This document shows, one piece after another, positions 38,773 through 52,982 of a stretch of 64,000 nt of DNA (position 1 is its first letter; every line of letters begins with the position of its first letter). The stretch lies in contig JASCQW010000130.1 of assembly GCA_030264375.1 (NCBI GenBank), forward strand, positions 28,800,067 to 28,864,066. The letters run 5' to 3'. The notes beneath the pieces are model-generated. The model did not search any database, was not told the origin of the DNA, and saw only the letters and a list, made by a program, of their open reading frames with translations. A program made the position numbers and the translations under genes. Source of the stretch: Carcharhinus longimanus. Lineage: Eukaryota.

Positions 38773-39843
38773 TGCTTCAGAGAGCTGAGTTTGTGCTCTC
38801 TGGTTTTAAGTAAGTGATTTCTGTGTTAGGCTCCCTGGNNNNNNNNNNNNNNNNNNNNNNNNNNNNNNNNNNNNNNNNNNNNCTTTTGCGCACAGATCAG
38901 CCTCATCTGCATACTCACAGGTGCGTATTGTTTACTCAGCCATTGACCACCTCCTGTGAGAAGGATGTCAGGGAACATAGAGGGAGGGGGCCTGATGATC
39001 AAAAGTATCCACCTCTGGCAGAGGCACAGGCACTTGATCATGAGGAACAACAGGGAGGACAAACAGCACATCCCACAGATCCCACTGGCTCAATGTGGGT
39101 GACGTACTTAAGTGTAATCTCGTGATTGTCACTTAATCTCAGGAGGGACCGGGATTCATGGTCGTTTCCTGTTCTGCCTGCCAATTGCACACAGTGCACG
39201 TAAAATTCTGCCCTTTGCTGCTGTTTGTCTCTCTGAAGACATCGGAGAGTAAAGTGTCCAAGGGGCAGGAAAGCGGCAGGTTTTCATTAATTTGCAATAC
39301 AAAGGTTGTCAGGCTATTCGTGTCAGCGGGGTTGGGGGGGTGAGGTGGAGGGGGTGGAACCTGAGCTCACTAGAGAGGCCAATAGCAGAGTGCTCAGAGT
39401 ACCAACATGCATGCGCCCAATCTCCTAGTATACTGGGAGATTGGTTGACATCACCATCCCCTTGCCTCCCTGGAACATCACCGGCCTCCCGGTCGCCACT
39501 CCAACTCCCGATAGCCGACCCCACCACTAGCCCACATCTCCCAATGCAGAGTCCACCCTTCCCTTCCCTCTTACCTTTGCCCCCGTGAGGCCCTGTACCC
39601 TTGTGCTCAGTGAGCACTGCCAGTGTGCCAGGCTGATACTGTCAGGGCAAAATTGGCTTTTGATTTGCTATTGCTCATTTTGTACCACTAACCAAAATAA
39701 ATTTTACCCCTATTTTTCTCAGAATATAGTGCTTTAGCACTTCGCGTGTTGTGCAATCTGTATTTCAGACACATCTTTAACTTGTACTTTTCTACCTTGC
39801 AGCAATGATGTTTATGTTTTTACCTACTTTGTCTCCTTTACAG

Positions 39844-39980
39844 ACTGTTTTGCAAGGAACAACTGGCTTCAGTCAGTCCAAAACCAAAATCATCTGGGGC
39901 TACCTCAGTTTCCAAGTTGCATCGAATTCTTGTATATTATCAAGTCACCACTGGGTTACTGGGACCATCTGGATGTCAGG
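39844..39980 (+). other. LRRC17: LRRC17 5'-UTR part of the first coding exon
   Basis: Polypyrimidine tract and acceptor ctttgtctcctttacag| end at 39843; ATG at 39981. Confidence 0.65.
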
Positions 39981-40731
39981 ATGCAAGTGATTAGAATTAT
40001 TGTGTTTCTACTCCTATGTAGAGCAGTAGAGTTCATGAAAACAAGGAATGGCAACCATGGAAACAGAATGAGGAACTGTGGCAAGAGGTGCCTCAAAAGG
40101 CATTCCACTCATGTCAAAAGATTTGCTCAATTCTTTAGCACACTATGTCATGAGAGTCTTCATGCGAATGAGAAAATACTGGATTGTCAAGATAAGGGAC
40201 TCATTACAATTCCTCCTCGTTTGCCAGAGGATGTTGTTCATTTACAATTGGCAGGAAATAAGATCTATAGGTTGAAGGACTCGATGTTTTCAACATTAAA
40301 AAATTTGAAGAGCCTTGATTTGCAACGAAATGCCATAGCAACTATAGAACCAGATGCTTTTGAAGGATTGGATGAACTCAATACTTTATTGATTCAACAT
40401 AATCAGTTACGATTTTTGTCAGAGGAAGTTTTTATTCCTATTCCTAAACTAAAATATCTACGCATCTATGGCAACCCCTGGAATTGTAATTGTAAGCTAG
40501 ATGAAATGATCAGGAAGCTGCAGATCCCTGGCCAACGAAATCTAGGCAACCTGGCCAAATGTAAAGATCCAGAAAGATTTGCTGGTCATAAGCTGAAGAT
40601 AATCAATGTGAACTTGCTCTGCCAAGATGAGAAAAACAGTACATACCCCAAACCTATCCTGAATATTGCTGATTCCACAAAATGCAATATATACCTCTTC
40701 CCAAAGTCACGAATAGATTGCCAAAACCAAG
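39981..40731 (+). CDS. LRRC17: LRRC17 first coding exon (signal peptide, LRRNT, LRRs, LRRCT), 250 codons + 1 nt
   Basis: MQVIRIIVFLLLCRAVEF..VKRF..EKILDCQ..LKSLDLQRNAI..LLIQHNQ..EEVFI..LRIYGNPWNCNC..LQIPGQRNLGNLAKC closely parallels human LRRC17. Donor CAAG|gttagt. Confidence 0.95.
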
Positions 40732-41060
40732 GTTAGTATGACTTCCAAATAATAAACAGTATTGCACTGAAACGTCAGCCTTCATTTATGATTTAATAGT
40801 GGTTTTACTATACAATGCAAGCTCTTAAGACAATGTACCAGGATCTTGGATTCTGCCAGAAGTTTGCATTGTTTCCTAATTTCTCTCCTATTTCCTCCGT
40901 TGCTGAGCTCTTTTTGTCAATGATACCTCCAGCTTTCTCAACCCTATTCCCACTAAACTGCCAACCATCCAACTTACTCTCCTGTTCATCATATTAGCTG
41001 ATATTAACATCCTCATTTTAAGTGAGATTCCTCTCTCCTATAAATCTGCCGTCATTAGTC

Positions 41061-41400
41061 TGTTATGATCCCCGTAGAGACCAATAACCTTTAAAGAGAA
41101 ATTCAAGTAAATAACAGGATGACACATCAAGATTTAATGTTAACACTTTTACTGTCTCACATGACTTAATAACGTTATTGATGAAACACTTCCTAATACA
41201 TAAATAAAAACGTCACTGATACTTATCACACATTGTACTCTCCACAGAGTTACAGTTCTTATTGCAAACTGAAAACAGTTGTTCCCAGCTTCCAATGGGT
41301 TGCTTCCTTTCTACTTCATCCTCCTTCACTTCCCCACTGTTATCTAATTGGTTGAGAATGCACTCACTAGGTTCCATTCTTAGCTATTTAATCATAACCA
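41061..41400. mobile_element. Possible solo LTR inserted in an L2-like LINE fragment
   Basis: TGTTATGAT...ATCATAAC(C)A inverted ends. The downstream flank encodes SGIPLRSILGP, resembling the L2 RT motif SGVPQGSILGP. Confidence 0.4.
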
Positions 41401-44199
41401 GGGTATCAACTGCAACTGCTTCTCTTCCAACTCTTGCGCCATTACCTCTGGCATCCCACTAAGATCTATCCTTGGTCCACTTCCAAGTGCAGGTGCAGCA
41501 GGTGATCAGGAAGGCAAATGGGATGCTGGCCTTCATAGCGAGGGGGATTGAATATAAAAGTAGGNNNNNNNNNNNNNNNNNNNNNNNNNNNNNNNNNNNN
41601 NNNNNNNNNNNNNNNNNNNNNNNNNNNNNNNNNNNNNNNNNNNNNNNNNNNNNNNNNNNNNNNNCTTATTGAATGGCGGGGCAGGCTCGAAGGGCCAGAT
41701 GGCCTACTCCTGCTCCTATTTCTTATGTTCTTATGTTCCATGTCCTACCTACATTATGTCCTTTGTTGATATCATCCAAAATGCATAGCATAGTTTTCAC
41801 ATGCATACTGATGCTACCTACCTCTACCTCACCACTACCTTGCCAGATACCATCACCATTGCTAATCATCTGACATCCAGTGCAGAATTAACTTACAATT
41901 AAATATTTGGAAAATGGAAGAGATTGTCTCAATTTCTTAAGTTGATTTCTTGGGCCGAACAATGGTCCCTGAAATTGGGTCTAGTAAGACCTTTCACTTT
42001 TCCCTTCCTTTTGAAAATTTTGGGTTTTCTTACTACGCAAATGATCAGATGTGTGCACCAAGCAATTCATCCTTTCTGCCACAAAAACATACACAACTGC
42101 CTGTTTTAGATTATATCATTCAACTATATCAGCTAAACTCAAGTGGCTTCTAGTTATCCATAAAACAAGTATTTTATAACTTTGCGCATGCTTCTAGTTT
42201 ATTTTTACATGTAAAGGTAATTTTATTGCCTATCCTTGTCTTTAGTCATTATATTTTGCTACTGTGAATCACTAAATATTCTGTGCTCTTCTGCTAATGT
42301 TTACTCTAGAGTATGATTTAGAACTAAGTCAGCTAATGTATCCCTTTTCTTCAGTTGTTTATAATATCATGAATCACAAAATCATATTTACGTTTGATGT
42401 TCTATCAGTAAAATATATTCCTTGAAGGGAATGAAACTTAGATGCATCATAGCTGGGCCAAACACATGGAAAATAGTGGTCGCAATGATTAAAGCTGATG
42501 GGATCACAAATTACAATAATTAACTCACTTTCTAATTCATTGCCAACACGTCATATAGCTAGCAATTTAGTTGCTGTAATTTCAATCTCCTGGAAATCAG
42601 GCTCATTGCCAGCAACTAAAAATGAATGAAATTAAGCTTTACATTAAAAAGTCTACTTGCAGATATTTGGTGCCCACATAGAGCTGCACCCTCTGATTAG
42701 CAATCATCCACTCAGAAATAGGGTTCTAACCATGCAAAAACCAGTTGTGGCTAATTCATCTGTGGTGCAGCTTTTGAATGTGAGTTTTAAAGTTAAAGTT
42801 TATTTATTAGTATCACAAGTAGGCTTACATTAACACTACAATAGAGTATCACAGTTACATGTTCAAATGTTGAACATATACAGTATCCCACTTTGGGTAT
42901 AATTGCACTCAGTATCAGTGAAAAGAAAACTGGAACACATGCAGTACATTACGCAATACATGCAGTCTCCGGAAATAGACTTGAAAATAATCCAACAGCT
43001 GGTTTTTATTAGCATACAATTTTATCAATATTATGTCTACAATTTCAAGAATGGAAAACCAATATACCAGGAAAAAAAACATATTTGGCACTTAAATGTT
43101 CTCCTGTGCTATTGGTACCCCTTAACAGGTATACTTTGTGATTATGAAGGTGTCTGCATGACCTAATCAACTAAAACAATCTTTTCCCCTTCTTAATTGT
43201 GATGACAGTTCATTTACTTGATATTTAAACTGCTCAGAATATCTCCATACTATCACTGGACCATGACATCTGCATGTCGTACTCAACTGAACAGTGATAC
43301 CAACATTATATCAGTGGAGTTTTTAAAATTTTGTTCTTTGGCTTTGTGCTTCACTGCGAGGCCAGCATTTATTGTATTCCTAATTGCCCTTGAAAAGGGT
43401 AGTGTTCAGCTACTTTCTTGAACTGTTAAAGTCTATGTGGTGTAGATACACTCAGTGCTGGTAAGGAGGGAGATCCATAATTTTGATCCTGGAACAGTGA
43501 AGGAAAGCAATTTGGTTCCAAGTCAGAATGGTGTGTGACTTGGAGGGTGGTTTGCAAATGGTGCTCCCAGGTGTCTGCTGCACTTCTTCTAGGTAGTGCA
43601 GATCATGGGTTTATAAGATGTTATTAAAGGAGCCTTTGTGAATTGCTGCAGTCATTTTGGAAAAGGTACATACTGCTGCCACTATGTGCCCAGTGTTGCA
43701 AAGAATTAATATTTAGAGTGGTGGATGGAATGCTGAACAAGCAGGCTGCTTTGTTTCTTGAATGATGTTTGGAGCTGAACTCAATCAGGTAAGAAGAGAG
43801 TGTGGCACCACATGCCTGATTGGGTCTTGTAGATGGTGGACAAACTTTGAGAAGTCAGGAAGTGAGTTAGACATTCAAAAATCTCAGTTTCAGACTGCCT
43901 TTTAGCCGAAGCATTTATGTGGCTAAAAGGGACAGTTAAATTGCTGGTCTATGACCTTCCTTCCATCATAAGATCAGATTTGTGGATGTCACTCATGATT
44001 TTAGTGAATATACTCATGAATGAACTATTCATAACTCCCTCAGATGTTAAAGCAGCACATGTCGAAATGCACCAAGACCTGGGCAATATCCATGTTTATA
44101 TCTAGATGAGACATTTGCTATAGTTAAATCTGTAATTGCGTGTAATAATTTCCTTACATGTCTTAATGGATCGCATCATGTTCAACTTTTAAATGGCGC

Positions 44200-45140
44200 A
44201 GTCAAATGGGCTCCCTTTCCTTGATGTACTTGTAGAGAAATCTGCCAGGGAAGTTCTTGGTCTGCCACAAACCCATCTTCACTGGTCAATATACATGTTG
44301 GGGTTCTTACAGTTTCATGCGCTATAAGATTGGCCTTATTGGCAATCTTTAAAATAGCCATTTTCTCACAATGCAAGCTTGATGCTGAAATAGGATGCAT
44401 AAAGGTATCCTGCAGGATAATGATTTGATTTGATTTATTCCTGTCAGATATATTAGAATACAGTGATATACAGAATACTTTGCACACTATACAGGCAAAG
44501 CATACCGTTCATTGAGAAGATAACGAGCGAGTGCAGAAGGTAGTGTGACAGTCATAGCTAGGGTGTACAGAAAGATCAACTTAATGTGAGGTAGTTCCAT
44601 TCAAAAGTCTGATCGCAGCAATGAAGAAGCTGTTCTTGAGTTGGTTGACTACACTGACAATGGTGGCTACACTGATCAGATCATCTTGTGTGGTATATCA
44701 TACAAAATCATAAACAGAAAGGCTATCACTTTTGGCTCTGGAAAGTGCCTCCTTCCCTACCTCAGGTTGCCCAAGAAGGGCAAGATATCTCAAAAGTTTG
44801 AGCAACAGGTGAAGCTAGTTGCTTGATGAAGCTACTATGCAGCATCAACACAAGTGGTACTCACCACTAACAGAATGCTGATGTCAAGCCAAAAAGATGT
44901 ACCATCTACTACACAAATGATTAATGTGGCATATGAATTTCAGTACCAGTGTGATGCCAGGTATGGAGGCTATACGTCCCAAAAACTAGATCATCATATA
45001 AAACAGTATGTTCCTTCTGCTTTTTGCAATGGGCAAGATAGACACTGTATCTAACCAGCCCACACTTGCAAAACTCAAAACATGGTGTCTAACATTCAAT
45101 GTGGGTCCATGATTGGACAACATTTGCTAAATAATCTTCA
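44200..45140 (+). mobile_element. Second, divergent Penelope-like element fragment (RT thumb and GIY-YIG), interrupted by a LINE 3' end at ~44424-44650
   Basis: FTGQYTCWGSYS..YKIGLI, GYTDQII, PYLRLP, KDVPST..NVAYEFQYQCDARYGGYTSQKL..IKQ. Confidence 0.7.
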
Positions 45141-47639
45141 CTGTAACCTCAGCCCAAGGCTCCATCTAGCACATATGACCTTCTGTATTCAAGCAGCTTG
45201 ATCAGTAGTTACGCTGTCAAACCGTTCTTAGTGATGGACAATGAAGTCCCCCATCCAGCTTTTGTTTTTTGGCTTGCCTCACAGGAACCTAGTTATGATA
45301 GTCACCAATTGTAGATATTTGAACAAATATTTTCACACACAGCCCCCAATTAATAGCTTTGGGCATGTTAGCTTTGCTTCCCAAGTCAGTTTCCTTGCCA
45401 GCTGACAAAATATTTGCCTTCTAGATGGAAAGACCAATCAGGAGCAACTTCTGATATGTGCTAGCAACACTGACGTTTTAAATTTGGACTTATTCATCTT
45501 CAACTGCTTAATTCAGACCCTTGCCAGATAAGTGTGGCATAAGGCTTATTCTTTCATAGGGGATTCAATAACAGGCTGCAGCAGATAAGACTTTCTTGTT
45601 CATTGACAAGTTTCCCCTGGCCAACAATCCACCTTTGTCCTACATTTTTACTTGTAAGTGTTTAATTATAGAATGTTTCTGTAAATACCCTACATACAAA
45701 TCAATACAGATAAGTTATTGAAATAATTTGACAATCGAGAACTTGTTTTTTGCTAGTTTTTTTCCTTTCTCTCATGAATTTGCCTCTTTCAGGGAGCTCA
45801 TATTTCAGCAATCTCATTACATCTCTTCCAAGTTCTTCATGTGTAAATCTGAATCAGCTACTAAAATGTAGAAACCATCATACAAAGGCATGGTATCCAG
45901 ACACCAGTATATTCCAGCAGGAGATTGTTCTTATGTTCTTATGAGATACTGAAAAGCATCCAAGATCAGGAACTCTGGCTGAGTTTTCAATTCTATCATA
46001 GAGGCACTAAAACCAAAGTTTGACAAAATTTGCAAAGTTAACTTATCTTAGCATATTCTTGTTCTGTGTATCTCAATAATGTAAATCAAACACAGATTTA
46101 TGTAGTCTTATATGGACAGAGTAAGTAACTGCATTTTTGAGGACAAGGCAAAAATTTGATGCCTACAAAATTTTGGTAAGTCACCATATTATTGGAAGAA
46201 GTACTGTATTTTGAAAATTGTTACATGTTAAATATTCAGATGGCTTTCATTTTCTTTGTGGTTTGGTATGATAGTTTTCCTATGCTGACAAAAAAAATTA
46301 TCTCTAATTATTTGTTTTCTCAAATTGCTGAATGAGTGCATGATCTGGAAGGTAAGTTTAGCTATTTGATCGTCCAGGAAATTTTCTAAATTTCACAATA
46401 CTCATGTGTCACAGTTTTTAATTCTAAAGTCATTTTGATCATGTTATGTAAGATAGCTATGAATCACTTCCAAAAGCCTCTGAGGTCTCTCAAATTCAAA
46501 CTGTGGTTTCCTAGATTCTGCCATTGCAGTAATCCTCCAGTTGCTTCTTTCTGCTTGCTGTTTTTAATTCTCATTAAAGGGAATTTTTGATAATAGAATG
46601 TCTAATAATAGTCATGATACTACTTGGCACATAGATGAAGAAGGAGATCGGATTAGTGGATTGACAGAATGTAAATCGGTAACACTCCTTAATGAGTTAG
46701 GAAGATACTTGATAGGATTATGGGGTTGTTAGTTGGTTTGGGGAAATTAATTAGTTTGTCATTGGAAAATCAACATTTGAGAATATCAGTCAGTAGCAAG
46801 GTTTCATCTGAAGCAATCTTAACAGTGCATGAGGACTGCTACTCGTGGAAAGATCTAGATACAAAATAGAACAGTAGAGCACATTTCATTTTAGTGCTAA
46901 GGAAGTCATTTTGATAGTATTTGCTCCACAAGGCATGGCCTATGAAAAATGGTTAGAAAAAATGTCAAGAGCGTGTGAGGAAGTGGGCATATTATGACAT
47001 CAGTGAGCATTTAATGTTGATTTGATGTCAAAACAGCTAATTTAGAACTTCTCATTCCAGATAGTGCCCTCTCATAAGCATACACACCTGAACTTGTGTT
47101 TAGCAGCAGCAGCAGCAGGAACACTAACCACTTCTATTTAAAGAAGTCATTAACAACTTGCAGATTAATTTCTGATTAAATTCTACTGGCTTTGTTTGAG
47201 TTTGCAGAAGTGCTAAGTAGTTTACAGGCTTGGTTAAAGTTGATGAATTTGACAGGGAGTGGTATTGCACATGGAGAAGGCCTTGGCTGTGACTTCAAAG
47301 ATTCTGAACAGCCACTTGCTCTCAGTAATGAATATTATGGTTTGTAATTCCTTCAACTATAGTACCAGCAAGAAATAGAACAGAGACAGAAAAATGGACA
47401 AGATGTTCACAAAGGGAGGATGTTGGGAAGAAGGGTTCTTAGTGGGAAATGTTATTCATCTAGTGTCCTCATTGAGCAGTTCTCTTTCCCCCAGCTAAAG
47501 TGCATTGTCTGTACTTTATGAAGGAGCCAGTAGCTGTAAATGTGAATATGGCCCTGAATTTCTTTGTGTTGGAGTCTTTCTAAGTTGGAGCAGGCAATCT
47601 TTGTTATATCTCCCATTCTCAGCCATCGAACTATTAGGC

Positions 47640-48177
47640 TCATTGAACTACAGACCAGTGAGCCTAATGTCTGTAGTGGGTAAGTTGTTAAAAAGTATTC
47701 TGAGAGACAGGATCTACAGGCATTTAGAGAGGCAAGCACTAACTAGGGATGGTCAGCGTGGTTTTGTGAGTGGAAAATCATTTCTCACAAATCTGGTTGA
47801 GTTTTTTGAAGGGGTATCCAAGAAGGTAGATGAGGGCAGTGCAGTTGATGTTGCCTACATGGACTTTAGGAAGGCCTTTGACAAGGTAGCATATGTTAGG
47901 TTGTTGCATAAGGCTAAATCTCATGAGATTTAGGGTGAGGTAGCCAACTGGATACAAAATTGGCTTACCACAGAAGATAGAGGGTGGTTGTAGAGGTTTG
48001 TTTTCCAAACTGGAGGCCTATGATCAGTGGTGTGCCTCAGGGATTGGTGCTGGGTCCACTGTTATTTGTAATGTATAATAACGACTTGGATGAGAATTTA
48101 GGAGGCATGGTTAGTAAGTTTGCAGATGACACCAAGACTGGTGGCAGGACCTACTCAGTTAATGGTAGGGCATTGGG
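47640..48177 (+). mobile_element. CR1 LINE RT fragment ending at an N gap
   Basis: NYRPVSLMSVVGKLL, QRGFVSGKSFLTNL, YMDFRKAFDKV, SGVPQGLVLGP, KFADDTK, RTYSVNGRAL. Confidence 0.9.
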
Positions 48178-48327
48178 NNNNNNNNNNNNNNNNNNNNNNN
48201 NNNNNNNNNNNNNNNNNNNNNNNNNNNNNNNNNNNNNNNNNNNNNNNNNNNNNNNNNNNNNNNNNNNNNNNNNNNNNGACCTCAGTGGCTCCTGCTTCCC
48301 ACTTTAATTCCTCCTATCTTGGCTCAC

Positions 48328-48429
48328 CTCTTCATTTTCAATCTTCAGGGTGGCCAGACGGGACTGCAGCTGGTGATACCTCATGAGAAGTTCCGTTTGC
48401 ACTGGCTGCTGAGCACTCACTTGACAAAC
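48328..48429 (-). CDS. SRGAP3: SRGAP3-like exon (F-BAR extension coiled coil), 102 nt, intact
   Basis: ttcttgtcttctcatctcag|GTT TGT CAA ... GAA GAG|gtgagc. VCQVSAQQPVQTELLMRYHQLQSRLATLKIENEE matches my recollection of vertebrate SRGAP3. Not in the ORF track. Confidence 0.9.
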
Positions 48430-49409
48430 CTGAGATGAGAAGACAAGAAACAGATTCATTTAGTACACTGGTTCTTGCCACCTTCCATTGCCCCACCCTA
48501 TCCCAAGCCACCCAGATTTAATCTTGTTACATATTGCCAATTCTGGTGGGGGTGTGTGTGGTTGCCTGGGGTGGTATAGAGGTTGCCAGCTAGGGCATTG
48601 GGATCAGAATGTCACAATATATATGTTTCAAAGAGAGAGAAAGAACACAAAGAATACTAAAGCAGACACTGCTTTCCCTCAATGACATGGTTGACTATGC
48701 AATGTTCCTCAACTGGTGCGGTAAACTGCCCATACTTCAGCGTTACAGGGAGAACTTGTATTCTCACTGTAACATAATGCCAGCAGTTAGCAGTGGTCAA
48801 TTACAACATCAAACAATCCTGAGATGTAATCAGAAGAGACAGCTGTAAACAGTTCTTCGAAGTGACAATCATGTTTAAGAGTGTGTGGAAGCCAATGGGT
48901 GCCTGGGCAAACAATTTAATCAAAACTGATGAGGCACTATTGCAAAGTGTCATCAAGGGATAAATATTTCAGGAAAGGTTGGGGGCAGTAACATTCCCAA
49001 AGATAATTCTTTATCTCTTGTGCCTCATTAAAGAAAAGAAAGTTATTGTATTTATATAGCGCTTTGCATGGCCTTATGGAGTCCTAAGACAAGTTCTTAG
49101 GGTTGGAGCAGCGATAACAAAATGACACATGGCATGACTCCACAGCAATGAAATGAAGCCTGGATAAACTGATCTCAGTGTTGTAGGAGGGATAAGTATT
49201 GGGGAGAAATCTAGCAAGAGCTGTTGTACTCTCTGAATGAAGTCTGATCAAAAAACAGTAGAATCAACAACACAGCACTCCCTCAATATGACAAAGTAGC
49301 ATCAGCATAGATTTACTGCTCACATACCTGCCCTCCTAAAGTCTATGCTAACACCTCCCCACCGCCCCCAGTCCATACTGACACACTACCCACCCCCACC
49401 CCCATCCAG

Positions 49410-49845
49410 GCAGCACAATGGCACAGTGGTTAGCACTGCTGCTTCACAGTGCCAGGGACCTGGGTTTGACTCTGGCCTTAGGCAACTGTGTGGAGTTTGC
49501 ATATTCTCCTCCTGTCTGTGTGGGATTCCTTTGGGAGCAGCACAGTGACACAGTAATTAGCACTGCTGCCTCACAGCGCCAGGTACCGGGTTCAATTCTG
49601 GCCTTGCGTGACTGTGTGGAGTTTGCATATTTTCCCCGTGACAGCACGGGTTTCCTCTGGGTGCTCCAGTTTGCTCCCACAGTCCAAAGATGTGTGGATT
49701 AGCCATGTTAAGTTGCCCTTAGTGTCAGGGGGATTAGCAGGATAAATATGTGGGTTGCTGGGATAGCACCTGGGTGGAATTTTTGTCAGTGCAGGCACGG
49801 TGGGCCACATGGTCTCCTTCTGTACTGTAGGGATTCTATGCTTCT
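49410..49845 (+). mobile_element. HE1-like SINE with tandemly duplicated head
   Basis: Two successive GCAGCACA.TG.CACAGT..TTAGCACTGCTGC.TCACAG heads at ~49410 and ~49536, then a full body and CR1-type tail. Confidence 0.85.
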
Positions 49846-52584
49846 ATAATATACTGGCTGCTGTGTTTCCTAATTTACAGTAATGTGGACACTTCAAAAG
49901 TACTGCATTCACTGTAAAGTGCTTTGTGAAAGATGCTATAGAAATGCAACTCTTTCCTCCATCAAGTTGGGGTTTAAAGTTATAAAGTTCTGACAGGAGA
50001 ATTAGCTTGGGCCAAGAAGAATTTATAAGAGTGAGGAGAGATATAGCTAAGGTCCGTGCACAGCTAGCTCTACACATACTCTCTCTGATACAAGTGTGAG
50101 ACAATCCGTCAATAAATATTTAACATTAATAATCAAAGTAAATTACACACATAAACCCAACCAGCATCTGTGCTTATATTTCCTGTCTTCACAACACATC
50201 CAGCTGAGAATATTTTTAACAATCTGTAATAGTCCTAATTACAGACTTGACATTGGAGAGTTACGATAGCAGACATCAGAAAAATTGGCAATGTTTCGGA
50301 TTTTATATTGCAATTTGAAACTCTGCAAGAAAGGCAACTATTTGCCTTTGTGAAGTGCCTTTTGACACAGTTAAACACTTGAGATGATTCACAGGAGTTG
50401 TGAACAAAATACAATTTGACACTGGGCCACTTGAGGAGATATGAGGGTTGAAAAGTGAGTTTGATGAAGTTTCAGTGACAAAACGCTGCACTTTTATCAG
50501 CAGCACAGAGTCATCCCAAGTCCTGTGTCTAGTCTGTGCTAAGTCGGTGTGGTGACAGTGGGTGTTACCATGTCTTATCCTTGGGAAGAAGCTGGGGCTA
50601 TCATGGAGTGGGAAAGGTTCTTGATTTTCCAGTGATTTCCTCTGGACGCTGCGTTGGGGTGATTTTCCAGCCGTTGGGATGATGGTGGGGGTTTGAAGGA
50701 ATTTGTTGGGGGGGGGGGGTTGCTCTGATGCCCCACTGCCAACCACGTTGGGGGAGGGACGTCTTTTAACGTCAATGTAAGACCCATCTCTGTGGAGCCA
50801 GGCTTGACGGCAACTTTAGGCCTCACCCTCAAGAATGAAGGCACAAAACATTTAATGAAACAAGCCCCCCTGCTTTTTTTTGACAAAGTATCATAAGATC
50901 TGGAGAGAAAATGTGGCTGTGTTTCTAGAGAGAAGCTTGCTGATTTTCAGTCAGACCCTGACACTTTGCCATTTTTAGGAAACTTCTGCTTTGTGTGTGT
51001 GTGTGCACGTGCGTTTGTGAGGTCAGGACACATTGAGCTAGTCGCTGACATTGCAATGGACTGCCCTGCCATGATTCCCTGCTGCAAAATGATGGAATTG
51101 TATACCACAAGATCCACTCGCCTCCTGTTTGTGGATGGAACTTAGTGGGCATCCAAACATAGCCCCTGTATCACGGAGGCTGCTCATTGATTCCAGCCCC
51201 TGGGATCCTCTCCTTCAGCTCTGCCCAGCTGTTGTTGCCCTGTGTTGCTCCCTGATTCACCAGTTTGCAGTCAGGAATCACATTACGGAGTACATGGGGA
51301 TGTTGAAGAGTGGTAGTGTGAGGAGCAGAGGGTCATGAGGTAAAGGAGGGGATGGGAGGGATGTGCTGAAGGAGGGGAAGAAGAGAGTTTTTCAACTTTA
51401 TTTCGAAAATTGAGCACCGTTGGGTTGGCTAATCTCACCGGTTTGAAAATATCAAATTATGGCACCTAATATAGAAAGCTGCAAATAAGAATTTATTGCA
51501 GTGAGGGTCAAACTGAATGATAATTACTCTGACTTATGTTTAAAAAATACACTTGCAGCTGTTGGACTTAATCTGACTCAATTACAGGAAATGGCAAATT
51601 CTAGAATGGATCCTTTTCATGGTTTGGCTGTTTCTCATTGGGAAGAGAAACAAAGACTTACATTTATATAGCACCTACTCACAGCTCTGAAACACCCCAG
51701 TATACAGTGAATTACCTACGTGCTGCAATGTCAGCAAGTACAGCAGCCATATTTGCAAACAGCAACATCCCAGGAATAGTGAATAATGACAAGTTAGTCA
51801 TAAACGTCTTTAATACAATTCAGTACCTGTTTTATCCCCTTGTTTTTTTAAAAAAAACTTTTATTTGAACCCATTTTACATTACTCCAAGCCTATTTGCT
51901 GACATTGAAAATCATTCCTGTCCTTCACATCTCCTCTAATTTGCATGTGAAAATGGCTATAAAAAAATTGGGCTTCACAGGCAAATTCTACGTTCAATGA
52001 GAAGCCCAAGAATGGCACACTAGCTCAGTGATATATGCAATACTAAATCTCTGACACAAAATTGGTATTGGAAAGAAGACACTGCTTGGGGGCCAAGGAG
52101 TGTGTTTATATCTCAACTCCACAGATTTGCTTTAACTCACTGACGCCTTCCACAACCACCCCCTCCCTCCCTCCCTGGTGAACAAACTCTGCTGTGCAAC
52201 TGCAAGAGTTAGGTATGAGTTGACCTGTCCCTGCAGTGATGGGGGGAGCTCTGTGGCAGAATAAAGATTCTTTGCCAAGGGAAATGTCACCCAGACTGGA
52301 ACTAATTTCTCAGTGGAACAGAACATTGGGACAGCAGGAAAGCACTCAACCTCTCACACTTGCTCTATGACTTCATTAGATCTTTGCTATCTGTACCTCT
52401 ACAACCTCTATTTGTTTTGTTTCAAACCTTGTGAGAACCTTACCCAACAAGAATCCATTAATCTCAGTCTTGAAGCAGCGATGATATCATGTTACAGTTG
52501 ATTGGACGGGGTTATTGTAGATATGAAAATGATTGCAACCTATCCATTTGATTCTCAGCAGAAGGGAAAGGGCCTGAGGTATTG

Positions 52585-52982
52585 GGATTGCCAACTGTGG
52601 ATGAACGTATTCCTGGGGGTTCCATTACTGATTTGCTGCCTCTAACCACCCTAACCAGGCAAACGGCCTTCTCTCCTCCGTCTCCACTGGTTAGGTACAT
52701 TGGGCTTGCTAAATTCTCCCTCAGCGTAATCGAACAGGTGCTGGAGTGTCGTGACTAGGGGATTTTCACAATAACTTCATTGGAGTATTAATGTAAGCCT
52801 ACTTGTGATTAATAAATAAACTTTATAACATTTTATAACATCTTTATAACCAAAGAGTTTTAAAATAAAATGTTTTTTGTTTAGTTTTTTTTGATTGACT
52901 CATGATTTTTCCTCCTGAGATTCATAGATTAATTTTTAGTTCTTGCAGTCTCCAGGGGAATTCTGGAGAGGTGGCAACCCTA
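52585..52982. mobile_element. hAT-like MITE with (TA)GGGTTGCCA-type TIRs, containing a SINE 3' fragment (~52690-52825)
   Basis: Left TGGGATTGCCAAC, right GGTGGCAACCCTA. Confidence 0.5.

Noticed and set aside
49410-49490. tRNA gene
   Set aside because: The A/B boxes belong to a SINE head that continues into the SINE body; no full cloverleaf.
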